Below, in pieces: positions 1-14,694 of a stretch of 64,000 nt of DNA; the stretch's first letter is position 1, and each line of letters begins with the position of its first letter. The stretch is taken from contig JAAILG010001244.1 in the NCBI GenBank assembly GCA_012026655.1, forward strand, positions 1-64,000. Direction: 5' to 3'. The stretch comes from Hydrolagus affinis (taxonomy: Eukaryota). Under the pieces are notes generated by a model. That model was not told the DNA's origin. It saw only the letters and a list, made by a program, of their open reading frames with translations, and did no database searches. The translations under genes were made by a program, and so were the position numbers.

Positions 1-654
1 CCCCCCCCCCCCCCCCCCACCCCCGTCCTGAGTTCGGGTCTGAAGCAGTAACTGTCCAGCGCCTTGGGACGTGAAAGGACCTACACAAATGTAATTTTGT
101 TGTTGTTGTATGGTCTTTAGCAGTAATGTTTTCAAGAAATCCAAGAAGTCTATCACAGATGCTACCGGCAGTTATAGAATCTTCTAGCAGCTTGAGGCCA
201 TTCCACACCCACCAAATGTGTCTCATTCTTCTTGACAGATTTACAGTTCGCAACCTTATGACTGGAACAGCATCACAGGAATGGATGGCACTTAAATTAA
301 ACCTCAGTGCTTCAAGCAGGAAAGTATTAAATGCTGCAGCTACACCTCCTCATCCAGTATGAACACACTACTGTTTTTCTACAGCAGTATTTTTTTTCCA
401 AGTCTTTCTGTGCTCTAGGGAAAGCACAAGTCAATGAGATGCTTGTCCTAAACTTTGCAAGTTCGTTTGAGTAGATTGACTTCAAATTGGTCACAATGAC
501 CTCCTGATTGTATTGCCCACAAAATGCGCAGTCAATTCACTTCACCGCTTTCAGATGTCTTGAAGGCATGATAAGGCACTTTATCAAAGATTTTTTTTTT
601 TTTATTATTAATGCCCAATGAATAGAACGCATGGAAAATTAGGAGTTGACACAG

Positions 655-790
655 TCTCAACGAAAGGTCATCAACCCTGAAACGTTAGCTCACTTTCCTA
701 TCTCTTCATAGATGCTGCCTAACCTGCTGTGTACACCCAGCGACTTCTATTTTTATTTCAGGTTTCCAGCATATGCAGTATTTTGTTTTT
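655..790 (+). mobile_element. Short repeat with degenerate hammerhead-like core (probably derived from a Penelope-like element)
   Basis: cgaaaggtcatcaaccctgaaacgtt...gatgctgcctaacctgctg...ttccagcatatgcagtattttg; related copies at 32950-33125 and 53900-54041. Confidence 0.65.
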
Positions 791-985
791 GTTGTTGTAG
801 TCTGATGAGTTGTAAGTAAAACTGGTTTAGTTGAGGTCCTATCTTCGACATTTAGTTGTTACCAACCACACAAAGAAAAGAAAACATTGTATTTATCAGG
901 TTATACAATTTATAATTGATGTTAAACTATTCATAAAGGGGCTCTTCTGGCTCACCTGTTCTGTTACAATTAAACATCTTACCCA

Positions 986-1372
986 AAACAACAACAACAA
1001 CTTTGATTTATATAACTCCCTCCACGCCAGGCAGTGTCTCAGAGCGCTTCACAATAATGGATCCCAGGGCCGAGCCAGGGGCAGGGGCAAAAAGGTGACC
1101 AAAAGCGCGGTCGAAAAGAAAGGTCTTTAGCCGAGACCTGAAAATAGGAAGGGAGGGGGTGAGATGAAAGGAGTGAGGAAGGGAGTTCCAGAACCTCAGG
1201 GCATAGTGGCTGAAGGCACAGCCGCCGATGTTGGAATGCAGGATTCGGAGGACGAGGAGGAGGCCAGGCCTGGTAGAGTGAAGGCAGCAGGTACTGTGAG
1301 GAGAAAGGAGGTCAAAGAGATAGGGGTATGCAGAGGAGTGGAGGGATTTCAAAACAAGAGTGAGGATCTTGA
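986..1372 (-). mobile_element. L2 LINE 3' fragment (same family as 19381-20313)
   Basis: AFSHYALRFWNSLP...LKTFLFDRAF; (GTT)n tail. Confidence 0.88.
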
Positions 1373-3009
1373 AATGGTTAAAACATTAAGCTATTGTTCT
1401 TTAACCACATTTCCAAGATTTTCTGTTTTAATCTTGCACTTCCAGTATTCACAGTTTTTGTTTATTTTGAACTCTATTCATAAAAATTCATGGTTATGTC
1501 CTATCATCTATTTCTGTTAAAGAGATGAATAGAAAGCTAATAGATGGTTTTTCTAAATAGATGAAAGTTTGAAAGCCAATTCCAGGTTGTAAAATGTGTG
1601 GCTAAAAAACAATATTAATTAATTTGTCACTTCAATCCATGACTGTTTGTGGGATACTGCTTTTCTCAATTGGCTGCCTTGTTTCACCCACAATTATGCA
1701 GTCAATTCACTTGACAGTATATTCTGTGAAATTCTGTGAGGTGTCTCGAAGAAGTGGAAAGACGTTATAAAGGCAAGGATTATTATCATCACAATTCCCT
1801 CAGCTGTGACATTGCATGCAGCTCTCTATATCTGAGGTTGTGGATGTGACGCTCTGACGTAAATTACAGCTACAGATCACAGCATTTCTCATCTGAGGAA
1901 TTACAGCACATCTCAATGATGCAGATTTTTCTGGGCATTGTCCAGTCAGCTCTCCTCTCTGAAAACGCACTACAATAACAATTTGCATTTATATAGCATC
2001 CTTCATGAGTCCCAGACTAACCTAGTCCCGGAGGTTAGAATGCACAAAGCAATTTCTGATGTGATTGTTATTAGCAGCTCACATCCCCCATCAATTGCAG
2101 ATCACATTGCAAATTGAACAATTGTTTTGCCCACAAAATTTACAGTCAATTCACTTTAAGGTATATTCTGTGAAGTGCTTTGAGAGTCTTGATGACGTGA
2201 TAAGGCGCTATATCAAATGCAATAATAATAATCCTTGCATTTGATACAGCGCTTTCCACGTCTTCTAAACGTCTCAATGCTTCACAGCTTCACAGGATGA
2301 TGATGACTATTATTATCCTCCTGATGTAAAAGGCACTATACAGATGTAATTTGTTGCCTTCCCAGCAACAAATTGGTGTATTTGTAATAATTCTGCTGCA
2401 AATCAAGGACATTTTACAGCATTCATTCCCACAGAACAACAAATCTACCTTCTGATATTCGAAGGAAAAGATTTTGAATAAAAAAACAATGGACACAAAG
2501 AAAACACCACTTGTTAGCTTTCCCCGGCCCCAGCTCGGGTCTGAAACAGTCACTTTCCAGTGCCTTGGGACATTCTCCTGACGTGAAAGGCGCTATACAA
2601 GTGTAATTTTGTTGTTGTTGTTTGACATCATAGATCTTGTTGCTGGAGCCTCAATGTAAAAGCAGCAGCAACAACAACAACAACAGCAGCATTTATACAG
2701 TGCCCTCACGGAGAGTAGGGTCTCAGAGCACCTGAGCCATGAACCAGCCCTGAATGCTCATAATTGTAACTTTGTAGTTGCCTAAACAAAGGTGTGGATG
2801 ATTGTCCTGTAATGCCTTTAAATGATTACTAGATTAATAGCTCACCCATGTGGCACACGATATAACTGCAGAGAAGGGCACATGACAAACAACACTGTGT
2901 ACACTAAAGCCTTTGACGTCAATACAAAACTTGCTGATACAAAGTGAAAGCAATGCATAGTTGCCATTCAACATCAATCCTACCTTTCTCTTCACTCCCC
3001 ACGTGAATC

Positions 3010-3190
3010 CTTCCAGTCCAACTCCACTAAGACTGTCTTGTCAAAGGCCCAAACAATGTAGTCTCTCTTTGTCTCTCATCCTCCTAAACCTTTCTGCTGT
3101 TTTTGATACTGTTGAACCACTCTAGCCTCCTCGATCGCCATTCCTCACTCACCTTATCCATGGGACCACACTCTCCTAGTTGCCATACTA
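3010..3190 (+). mobile_element. Old degenerate L2 RT fragment
   Basis: Decayed HSTETALVK and LDLSAAFDTVDH-like codons (ctcctaaacctttctgctgtttttgatactgttga). Confidence 0.6.
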
Positions 3191-6100
3191 CTTGCAAATA
3201 CAAGGATTATTAGTTGCCTACCACCACTTTGCTTCCTCCAGAAGTTTCTCCTATCCTCACATGGGTGGAAGCCATTCGAATAAACAAACCAATTAATCAC
3301 CAATAATTAACTAAAACCTTGCTCTACTTTTATTCCACTCCATGGATTTATTGCAATCATCTGTTTTTAATTCTAGAGATGAAAAATGCATTTGAGAATA
3401 GAATCAATGTGAGAATTATCAAACGCTTCATTTTTCAACCCCCCCGCCCCCCTTCCCGCACCCCTCTACCCACTTCCACCCATACACGCTCACAAAGGAA
3501 CTGGAGAAAGATTATACTGAAAGAAAAACATTGATATATTTTCTTATGGCAAGACTTATACGTGGTGTTTGTGCAGAACTCACACAGAGGAGCTCTGTCC
3601 TGTGCAAACCCACAGATTATTGCAAAGCTATATTTTCACTTGTTCTTGGCAGCATGTTCCTGTGTTGGTTTAAACTGCAACTTTCTGCTACGTTAATTAC
3701 TTGGCTATATATTATTGAATGGGTTTGAATAATTCCACACTATTACTTGTGCCTGACTGAAGCCGATTAGTTTAAAAGGCCTCTTGAGATGGTTTAAATG
3801 GCCCTAATATTTTGCATGGCATCAAAATAATTTGATTTGGAACTGTTTATGAACTATTTAAGTTGGAAATTAATGAAATGTCATTATCTTATACGGTATT
3901 GTCGGAATACAAAATTGTGTGTACTGCAAGGAAAATTATTTGTTTTCATGCTGCTTATAGCATTAGTAAGTACTGATAGCACAGTACACTAGCACGTCTG
4001 ATTGTCTCTGAGGTTTTTAAAGAGCCTATTGTTCATATGCAGGATAAAACGAACTGTTCTGTGTGGCCTAAGTCAGCATGTCTGTACCAAGTCTTTGTAA
4101 AGTAAACACTGTTGGTTCCTATCAGGGTAGACAAGACTCTTTGTGTTAGTAAAACAGGACAGGGCAAGGAAGGGATCAAGCATTATACTGTATTCAGAAA
4201 TAAAAATCCCCTTGTGAATCTAGAGCATTCAAAGTCAACGCCACTGAAACTTTCAGGGCAAAAGGTCAGTTTATCGTTTCTATTTGTCCCAGGTACCATC
4301 TGTCTTTTAAAGTGACTTAGCTGGAATTCTGTGAATTGGTTGTGAAAGTTAGCATTCCAGAGGACAGCAGGTTCAAGGACAGTGTAGGGGAACTCTGAGG
4401 GTTAGGTGCCAACCGGGCTCAGTTGATAGCATTCTTGTCTCCGAGTCATAATGTTGGTGGTTTAAGCACCATGTTAGCACTTTGAACTTGAAAGGATAGA
4501 CTGATGCTCCAATGAATTGCTGGCTCTGTTTTGTTGGTGGTACAGTTCTTCAGATCAGGCATTGAACCTTGGTCCATCCGGCAATCCCTCCGCCTCGTCC
4601 TCTCCCTAGCCTCCTTCGAGTTCCCTCCTACTTCTCTGCCCTACCTCATCCCAACCCTGTCCCCACCTCATGCTCGGGTCCTGACCCCTGACTGTTCAGC
4701 ACCTTAGGACATCCTCCTAACGTGAAAGATGCTTATACAAATGTAATGTTGTTGTTGTATTCATAGTTGTTCCTACACTGTACAGTCAGCGTAATTTGTA
4801 ATGTAATGTAATTTATTATTGTTGTTGTTGTTGCTGTCGTTGCATATGGTAACAATCCCTATCACAGCAGAGTTTGGCAGAGTTTAGAATTTTGCCAGAG
4901 TGGAATTTAACAAAATTACATCAGATGTCCTCAATAACTTGTAGTAGTTTGTTTAATGATTACTTGCTATATCGCAAGAGTCTATTGTATATGCTTTCAC
5001 AACAGTGCATAGGGGAGCAATTCAGCACTGAACTTGACAAGCTATGACAGGAAAATGGTGAATTCTTACTTTAAAGAAGCTTTAAAGAACTACAGACCAT
5101 GTGGATGATACCTGAATTACAGATGAGGTGTGTGTGTGGGGGGGGTAGGGGTGTCTTTTTGGTTCAGTACACAAGCATCAACACAGATCATATCCTTACC
5201 TGCAGGTAGTAACATAAAGGAAGGGTTACCATGGATGGTCATTCACATTGCCCTACAGGCAGTTTCAGAGTTTTATCAGTAAAGGTAAGTGGACAGCTCT
5301 CAAAACAGAATGGGGAGACACAAGAAAGGCAAGAGACATTCATTTACAAAAATGCACAATACGGTCATTATATTTTACATTCACCCACAAATACACAGTC
5401 ACTCCACTTCATAGTAAATCCTGTGAAGCTCTTTGGGATCCTGACATGAAAGGTGCTATACAAAATGTATGCTGCAAAACATATTGGAAACGTCCTCCTG
5501 ATGTGAAAGGCACTGTATGTTATGTAAGGATCATTATTATTATTATTCAGAGGGAAAACAAACTTCAAAAGCGATGAAGCATTTGCATTCAAAATAGTCA
5601 ACTAAGAAGAATTAACATTTATTGTCCCATCACTGAGCACAACAGGATGTAGAATTGCCAGCAAAATGCATGCTCTTAACCGCGGTCACAATTATTGAGT
5701 GACATTACAGTGAGCTTCATGATGTATGGATCTCTTTCATGTTGAGTTTGAACAGGATGTTGTTTTACTGGGCACCAAATTGTCACAGGTTGCCAAAACT
5801 TCAGTGTGCTGTGCCAAAGAGCCTACATGTTGGTGTCAACAAATCTTCACACGTTCTCTTCACGATTATGCCACCAAGTGACTCCTTGCACTAACCAGAT
5901 GCCTTCAATAATAATCATAATTTGTACATTTGGATAAAGCCTTTCATGTTGGGAGGAAGTCCCAAAGTGTCACTATAACTCCCTGGGCAACAGGCACCAT
6001 TTGGAAACATCTGCTTTTCTAATTAAATCGCTGCAGGTAAGCTTGATAAGCATCCAATTCTCATTGGCGAGTCTCTGGAACTCTTCAGGATTTTCATGCA

Positions 6101-7079
6101 AAGATTTATAATTCCTAATATAAAACTTTAGGAAATGTATTAATACCAGGTCTCTCACACAGTCTGGAATCTGCCCTTGTTTGAAAACTGTGAACAATGC
6201 AGTAATCTAACACTGTATTGGGCAATTCATCTTAGCATAACATTTTATCTTGCACACAGGACACAAATCAGTGAGACAGAAATGAACGAGAAAATCCCTG
6301 TTGCTAAGCAGAACTTGTTCTTCAGGGTGGGGTGGGGGGGTGTGGGTCTGCCTTTTCTCTCACTTAAGTTCCACAAATCACCCCATGCCTGAATCTGGTT
6401 CATTTGCAAGAACTTGCACATTCTGTTTTCATTTATATCGATTTTGGAAGATGAAATGAAAACGGATGGATTCCTAAAACTTGGATCCTTAACCTGGCTG
6501 ATGAATGGAAACATTTCCAAGCCAGGAATGTTATCAAAGCTAAAACAACACTTAAAAGGCAAAACAAAGTAAAAGGTAGTTGGAATCTTTACCTATTCCT
6601 GCACTAGGAATGTTATACTTTTCTTAAGTAGGGGGCAACTTTAGTGATGCATATGTTGTATGAACTTTGCTTCAAAGACAACCACAACAACAAAATTACA
6701 TTTATAGAGCGCCTTTCACGTCAGGAGGACATCCCAAGATGCTCAACGGTCAGGGGTCGGGACCCAAGCACAGGGGAGGGGCAGGGTGGGGGGTGGGGAG
6801 AGAGAGAGGTGGGAGGCCGGCAGAAGGCATGATCGAAAAGGATATATATCCCAGGTTGAAAAGAGAATACAGTGAAGAGTTAAACCTTGCATTTGATATA
6901 GTGCCTTATTACATCGTCAAGATGTCTCAAAGTGCTTATTTGGTGGTCGCTGATTACCATGCTTATCACCAAACAATTTGTTGTTGTTGAGGAAGCAAGG
7001 GAAATAAAAGAGGTGCTGGGATTGCATTGATTCTCCCCTCTATTTTTTCTCACATTCAATAACTTACCATCATTGAGTG

Positions 7080-7390
7080 GAGTCCTGTAGCTCAGTGGTC
7101 AGAGCACTTGCCTTACAAGCGAGAGACCTGGGATCGATTCCAGGTAAGGCAAAACCTTGGGCAAGTTTTGTTACTCCACACACCTAATAATAATCCCTCG
7201 AAAAGGAAAACAATAATATATTGGTCATTTCAATCCACAACTGTTTGTGGGACACTGCTTTGTGCAATTGGCTGCTGCATTTCACCCACAAATATACAGT
7301 CAATTCACATTACAGTATATTCTGTGAAATGCTTTGAGACATCTAGAAGACACGAAAAGTGCTACATCAATTGCAAGGACTTTTATTATC
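7080..7390 (+). mobile_element. tRNA-headed SINE with L2-like tail, full length
   Basis: gtcctgtagctcagtgg head (box A/B), conserved body gtgggacactgctgtgcgcaattggctgcc, tail ending atcaaatgcaagga(tta)n. Confidence 0.88.
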
Positions 7391-10300
7391 ATTGAAGGTA
7401 AATATGGGTTTTCCCCATTATAGGCTTACGTCATGAAGAAAAAGAAATTGATAGGCCAGAAAAAGTCAAGCACACACTAACTTAAGATATGTAAAAGCAG
7501 ACTTTTCTATAGTGTCAACCAAACCAAGGAAGAATTACACTTAAAAACACTGAACCCTTCTTTCTTCAAAGATTGATTTGTCTGCACCAGCTACAAGTAA
7601 TTCTTAATTAACATCATCACTTTGGCTGCGTTTATCTTTTTTATTTCAAAAAGTAAATTAGCTTGGATCAGCTCCTGAGCCACTCAGTACGGAAGCGTTG
7701 AAGTAAGATCCGTAGATATTGTTGCAATTAACCCTAGCTTCGGGAATCCTGTCATTTCAGCTGCATCTGTGTTAATTAATCTGCCTTGTACAGTGAGGCT
7801 TAGAAGCTCTTCCAAACCACATCTATTGATGGGGTCATTAGTAGTCATGACTCAAACAGAAATCATTACTTTAAGAAGTCAGAAACTGACAGGAAAAAGA
7901 AAGAAAGGATGTTAAAATGAATAATCCTTTGTAATAGTTCGATTTTTTCAAAGAACAAAATTGGCTTTTCAACTATTCATCCGGACAACTTGATAACATG
8001 TTTAAATTCCATTTCCTCGCGCAGCTGGGGTCTCTTGTGTTCCCATCTTTGCCAAGGATTATTATTGTTTGGTTGGTGTTTTGGGTTGGTTGGTGCTCTG
8101 TAATTATTACCAGACTACGGGCAAAATTAAAGCAGCAACTGTTTTCATTGGCACAGTCACTGAAGCAGCTTTTCAGAAAAAAGCCACTTAGTTCTGCTTT
8201 TGCAAGAAACAAAATATCCAGAGCTGTGTTGCCTTTTCCAACTTAAACTCAGTCAATGAGCTGAGGGCATATTACTAATCCACCATTACTGCCAACACAC
8301 AAAATACACTTACTGAAAAACAAAATGACTTAATAACCCTTTCAGAATTTCGGAAACGCTTCCATTGTCAAGGCCCACATAATTTGACACCAGAAGACCG
8401 GCTAAGAAGGGGCTAAGGCTTTAACAGTTAGCAAAGCAAGGCACTGCCTTTTATTATGAGAACTATTTGTCCATGAAGAGGTCTGCTGCAGTTTTACTGC
8501 AAGAAACATGGTTCTCATCCATCCGCAAACCAAAAATGTTTTATTTCCAAACTACACAAACATCTTTGAAGAATCTCATAACTTGCCAAGGTCATTTAAC
8601 AGTGTTTAGATTTACTTGACAATCAATGTCCATGTGAAAACTTCAACATTTGCTATCTAGTTAAGAGAGCGTAACCAGGCACAACTAAAAATACACAAAA
8701 ATGCAATAAATGATACTCTCAATTTACCAGACTGCATAAAGTCTGAGATGCAGCTTTACATTTATTTGATTGTCCTCCAGTGTTGAATGTCAGGCAATTT
8801 GACTCTCAGACTTATTATTGATATGTTTGTGCATGTGTCTCTTAAAACTCCTTTTCAAATAAGCACATTGAAGCATTTATTTTATTTGGAAAGCACAACA
8901 TAAATACGTTAGTATTATTTGATGCATGATAAAATTAACTGTTGCTTCAGTGTTAGGTGATAACAATTGTTCATTTAAAAAACTGAAGTTGAATGTTCAT
9001 ATGTTAGTCAACAGACAATTGTACAATATCATACATCTAATAATATTAATGAATTTATATTGTGCTTTCCACATAAAATAAATATCTCCAATAGATGTCA
9101 CCAAGCAAGTGTGCTTCAAAATGTCAAACTGCTTCACCGCGCTGCTCAACAAAGAATTAAAATAGTTATTTGTACCTTGGAGACACGGAATTGTTATGGC
9201 GTTTTAGTAAAATCCCTTTTGCAGCAGTTTTATTGTGTTTGCTGATGAATACTCCATTTCCGTATTGGGAATTAAAATGGTTACTCTGTAAATATTGGTG
9301 ACAAGTGATGATTAACTCAGCTTCTGTTAATGTTTGCATCCTGTTGCGCAATCCGCTTCTACTTTAGGAAGATCCAACAGTTGGGGAACCAACAGTAACA
9401 AAGTGCTTCAGAAACATGCTTTTAAACGTTACGCATTCAGTTCAGGGGCAGAGTTCACAGTCAGTACAGACAGATTTCTTACTTGGATGTGAGATTTGTT
9501 AAGGATTGCTGAAGGAAAATAGTTTAATCTAGTTTCCAATAATGGGGGGAAAAAAGCTTTCCTGAATGTAACATTAATTCAATGTGTTTGCCATGCTCTA
9601 AGCCACTACAGAATAAAGAGAGAGAAAGTGGGGGTTATAATGTTATTATGTTACAATAGAGGTGCAATATTTGGGGTTCGGGTTTTGTTAGATTGTTAAA
9701 ATATTAAGATGTATTGAAGCATATGTGGGCAAGACTGATTGAATCTCTGAATTTCTACATTTGATTGTGAAATGATAAACTACAACAATACTTTAGGTTT
9801 GTGCTCTGTGTTCTCTGTGCCAATGAGGCTTTAGTTGGCATTCTTGCCTTTTGAGAGAAATTTCAGTCTGATGTAGACGATCCAGTCCAAAAACATTTAT
9901 CACAACTAACATCAAACTTGTGTAACAATAAGTGAAACTGAAAAAATATGGGCACAATTGGAGCATCAATAACCTTGTGATTCCCTTTACATTTTCAAAA
10001 TTCTAACCAGACGACACAAGCTGGAAATCCCAGTTCTAGTAAAAAACCCAGACTAATGCAGCCCTGCTGACTTAACTAGCAACGTGAACAGCTTCAGCAT
10101 TGTTCAAAAAAGATCAATCCAGATCCAAATCCCTTTAAAGGTCAGAATCAACGTAACAGAATAAATTGTTGGCCTCGCTCTATTGATGCAGTTGGTCCCA
10201 GAAACAACTGTCTCAATAAAGCAACTTGCCAATTTGGAAAGCAAAGGCAATGTTTTCTGGCACATATGATTGTCCTTTTAGAAGTCCTCCCTCATGGATG

Positions 10301-13300
10301 TGTGTCATGGATTTCAAAACACAACTAAAAGAAATTTTAACTTAATAATATGTTTCAGAGTGGAGCAAAGTCAATAATTAATTCAATGCTCAGTCGCACA
10401 AAAGGCAAACAATGTGCAGAGTATACAGGCTCAGTTTTAAACTGATTAATATTTAACAGCTCTACCTTGACTTCTCAAAAAAATCATTAAGCTGGTCACA
10501 TTAGAATGTTTGTTGCTAAGAGCGACATAATTTGTTTTGGAAATATGTTAGTTCCAAATAAAACCTATTTGCTAAACAAATATATTATTACAGTGGCAAG
10601 GAGCTGTGAAATAGATTACTTTTTTTTACATATGCAAGGTCAATAAATAATCTTAAAAAGAGCCAAAAAAAATCTTCAAAATTTAACTTTTGCGGGAAAA
10701 AAGCATTTTGTATTTGAGAGGGGTCAGATCACAAAATCCCCAGATTGATTTGGATGAAAAAGTCCCTTCGAACCCATCTGATCTCACTCCTACAGTATAC
10801 CCCAGCCTACCATTCCCCAAACACTGTATCATGCTGTTTTGTTAAGTGAGTCCAGTATCTGGACTGAACTACCCTTCCTGGCAACCTGTTTCACTTGTTA
10901 ATTATTTTCTGGAGAGTAAGAAAAAGTTCATAGTGTCAGTCCTGAAATTGCTCTTTGCAATTCTCAACCCCAGGCCTCGAGTGATTCTAAAGTATTGTGC
11001 TGGGATTACTTTTCAATCCCAATTAACATTTTATATACCTCTATGAGGTCTTTTCTGAGATATCCTCTCTCAAGACTGAAGTAATCCTTGCTCATATGGT
11101 TTATTCCTCAAAGTATTGTAACTGTGTAAACTTGTTTCAACTCTAAAAGGTGAGAGTATATTTGAAAGGGTAATTAGCTCTTTGGTGGGCAATTTTTTGT
11201 GGGTTGCCTGAGTAATGAGAACAGCTAGGGACAGAATGCTCAGAAACTTCAGTTGCCTCACTTCTGTATCCTTGGCAAGTTCATGAACCAACATACACCA
11301 CATCTTCTAGCACAAACTTATTTTTCCAACATGTTTTTCCATAACCTATTAAAAAAAATTGTAACAGCAGATGCACCATGTATGCCAAATACTGTCATTG
11401 TAACCTCTTCTGTTTATACAGAGCTTAAAGTCTCATTCAGGGAAATATTTCCTTTTGAAACAGACTTTATTTCAACTCAAATAAACCTGCTGACCTTACT
11501 CAAACCATCTTCAGTCCGTTTCCCATACTCGCTCCAAATTCCTTCCTAGTGCCATAATTCTGTTTAGCTGCCATTTATATCAGCAATATTAAACCAGCAG
11601 GAACTCCTTTGAAGTAGTTTGTGCAATTTGGTTGCTCATGCAGCAATGTTAATATACTAGAGCTACCTTAACCTTTGCAGAAGGCAAATCTAGAGGTGGA
11701 GGGCAGAACAAACTGTGCTTGATCTCGACTTACATGTTTTTCTTAGCATTTGTAGAGTGCACACTTTTGAAAACTATGTTTTCATTTTAAAGTAGGGTTT
11801 CTGTACTTCCTCTAGAAAAACAGCTTCAAAATTGAACCAGATTTTAAAAATTGGCCAAATTCTGTACACTCCAAAACACTAAAGGAAGAAGTCCAAGTCT
11901 AAACCAAGACATAATCTCTCTCCCCCACTCTCTCTCTCTCACCCCTCTCTCTCCCCTTTCTATCCTGTTCCCTTGTGGTGTGTCTGGTGATCCGCTGAAC
12001 TAAAGATATAGTTTACTCACAGGACATAAATACCAAGCCATACAAGAATACTCATCTTTCTATTATAGGACCCTTTAGGGGAGTCACTTCAGCCTCACTG
12101 TCTCGCATGTGTTAAGCAGAAAGCTGTGGATGTTGCTGACGACATATACTTTTTCAAGATCGCTGGGTTTCTATCTGAAAGAGGAGCAATGGCCAAGTTA
12201 TTTCAGCCAGATACAGAAAGAACCAGACAATAGTCAAAACAATGTTGCATTACCTTTACTGCAAATAAAATCGAGTCAGTAACCGGGTTACGAGTGATAG
12301 ACTGCACAATCGCTTTGATTGTGAGGGAGGAAGGAAAGGGAGAGAGACTCCACTTCACTATGCCCTCCAAAATGCAGATCTAGATTGATAGATAAGTCAT
12401 TAGTACTCCCAAAGAATGTATTAGGATACAGCTTAAACTGAACCATGTAAAGCCACAGAGCGTATTAGTGCAAGTCACTGTTAAAACCACTCAAGCCCCA
12501 GCGAGGACCGTTCTTCCCGTTAGGGCATTGATTAGGGTTATTTGGTTCTGATTAGAAAGAATCTCCACCTCCCTTAACATGTGCAAGCTTTATTTATTTG
12601 ACAGACAGGTTGGTCCATTATTAACAGGACCTGTCTGATTCAGTTATTCATCAGTTATTGAATTCACGCCAGAGAATTGACTCGTGCTCTCTAACCATCG
12701 CCAGTCAGTCAAGTCACCAGAGAGCCAGAGAAACCTCACTGCCTCAAACTAACTGTTAACCTGAAAATATACTGTACTATTAACCTGTTAAAAGAAACAT
12801 TTTCTTACTTCAGTTGACTTGTTATTTAACATGCACTTCTTTCTTAGGTACAGACCCAATAACCCTTTAGCAACACTTACACGTCTCAACACCCTGCTCT
12901 TTGACTATACATTTGGCCATTTTTCTACCCTCCCTGGTCTCCTCCCCTCCCCTCCCCCACCCAACACCCAACCCCCAGCTCGGCTCCAAATCCCTGACTA
13001 TTCAGCGCCTTGGGATATCTTCCCCACAAGAAAGGCTTTCTACAAATGTAATTTGTTGCTGCTGTTCTTGCTCCCATAAGAACCAGTGGAAAACACATGT
13101 CTTTACACTTGTATTACTGGGTTCCATGCACACATTTATCCTGCTGTAGAACAATACCTTCACATCAGGAGGACACCCCAGGTGCTGAAATGTCATTATG
13201 TTTCAGAGGGTTCAACTCACAGTCATTATTTCATGATTCTTTAATAAAGAACTTTTTCAGAATTCTTTGTTGACCTATGGGAGCTCCAGGAGGAGATCAT

Positions 13301-13457
13301 AGAATTATAGAATTATACAGCACAGAAGGAGGCCACTGCCCCGTGTCCTTTCCTCCCTACGTGAAAGGTGCTCTAAAAATGTAATTTTGTTGTTGTTTTG
13401 TTCTTATGCCTGTGCTGCATCTTTGAAAAGAGCTGTCCAAATCAATCCCAATCCCCC

Positions 13458-13872
13458 ACTCTTCAGGATCCTGGTCATCGCCTTCAAAGCCCTCCATGAT
13501 CTACTCCCACCCTACCTCTGCAACTTCTTAACCCCCTACCAACCTGACCGCTCCCTCCACTCAGTGGGCTCCAGCCTACTCCATGTCCCCCATCCCACCT
13601 GCCCCACCATCTGCAGACGAGCCTTCAGCCACTCTGCCCCAACCTCTGGAATTTCATCCTGCAACCCTTCAACTTGCCCCCTCCCTCGCCTCCTTCGAGT
13701 CCCACCTCAAGACCCTCTTCTTTGACGGTCCTATCGGTCACCCCCCATAACCCTTATTTCCTTCCCCCTTCCCCGATCCCGACCCCAGCTCGGGTCTGAA
13801 ACACTGACTGTCCAGTGCCTTGGGACATCCTCCCGACATGGCACTATACAAATGTAATTTTGTTGTTGCTGT
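13458..13872 (+). mobile_element. L2 LINE 3' fragment
   Basis: FRILVIAFKALHDLLPPYL...RAFSHSAP, followed by the L2 tail and (GTT)n. Confidence 0.85.
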
Positions 13873-14694
13873 TATCGAATCGGTTTCCATTACCCTTTCA
13901 TGCAATACTTTCCAGATCCTAACAATTTAGATCATATCAGTGTGGAGTTCCTCACTCCCAGTTACCATTTGAACAAGTTGGATTTCTTATTAAGAATTCC
14001 TTTTATAAAATAATTATTGCATTTGGCTGCATCTTATAATTATCCTTTCTTTTGAGTGCAACATTGTTAGCAACAAATCCTGTTGCACTTTCGACCTCAT
14101 CTCACACTCTTTACCCCCGAATGTAATTTTTGTTTTTTTCCTACATTTTGTAAAAATCTCACACTGAATGTACTGTCTGAACACCAATTCACAATTTTTG
14201 AAATTTAATAAACAAAGAATTATCTGTATTAGTGTAGATACTGTACCTATAAAACTGGAATGTTATAATACCGTACAGAGTGGATAGATGGCGATATTAG
14301 CATGTGGGAAATCAGAAGCACATTGCTTTAGAAACATAACATGTTTGATTTGAATTTCTAATGTATTATTGTAGTAACTAATGTGGTTTGGTGGCTGTTT
14401 GTAAGACATTGCTGTGCGCAAATTGGCTGCCATGTTTGCCCATAAACCACACAGTCACTGCACTTGATAGTATATCCAGTGAAGAGCTTTGGGTTTTCAT
14501 CCAAAAGTGAAAAGCGCAATACCAAATGGTAAGATTATGATTATTTTTTGCTCACTTTAGTTAGCTAAAGTGCTTCTAATGTATCTTTACCTTTACATTT
14601 CTAATATTTGCGTCTAGAATTTCTGTAGCTCAATTAAAACATCTCAGTAATTTTATCTCCTTACTCACAGTTTTAAAATTGTTTGATGTGTCAC

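Noticed and set aside
7080-7150. tRNA-like sequences at SINE heads (also 16483, 25109, 38400)
   Set aside because: No complete cloverleaf or acceptor stem, and always fused to the SINE body; not tRNA genes
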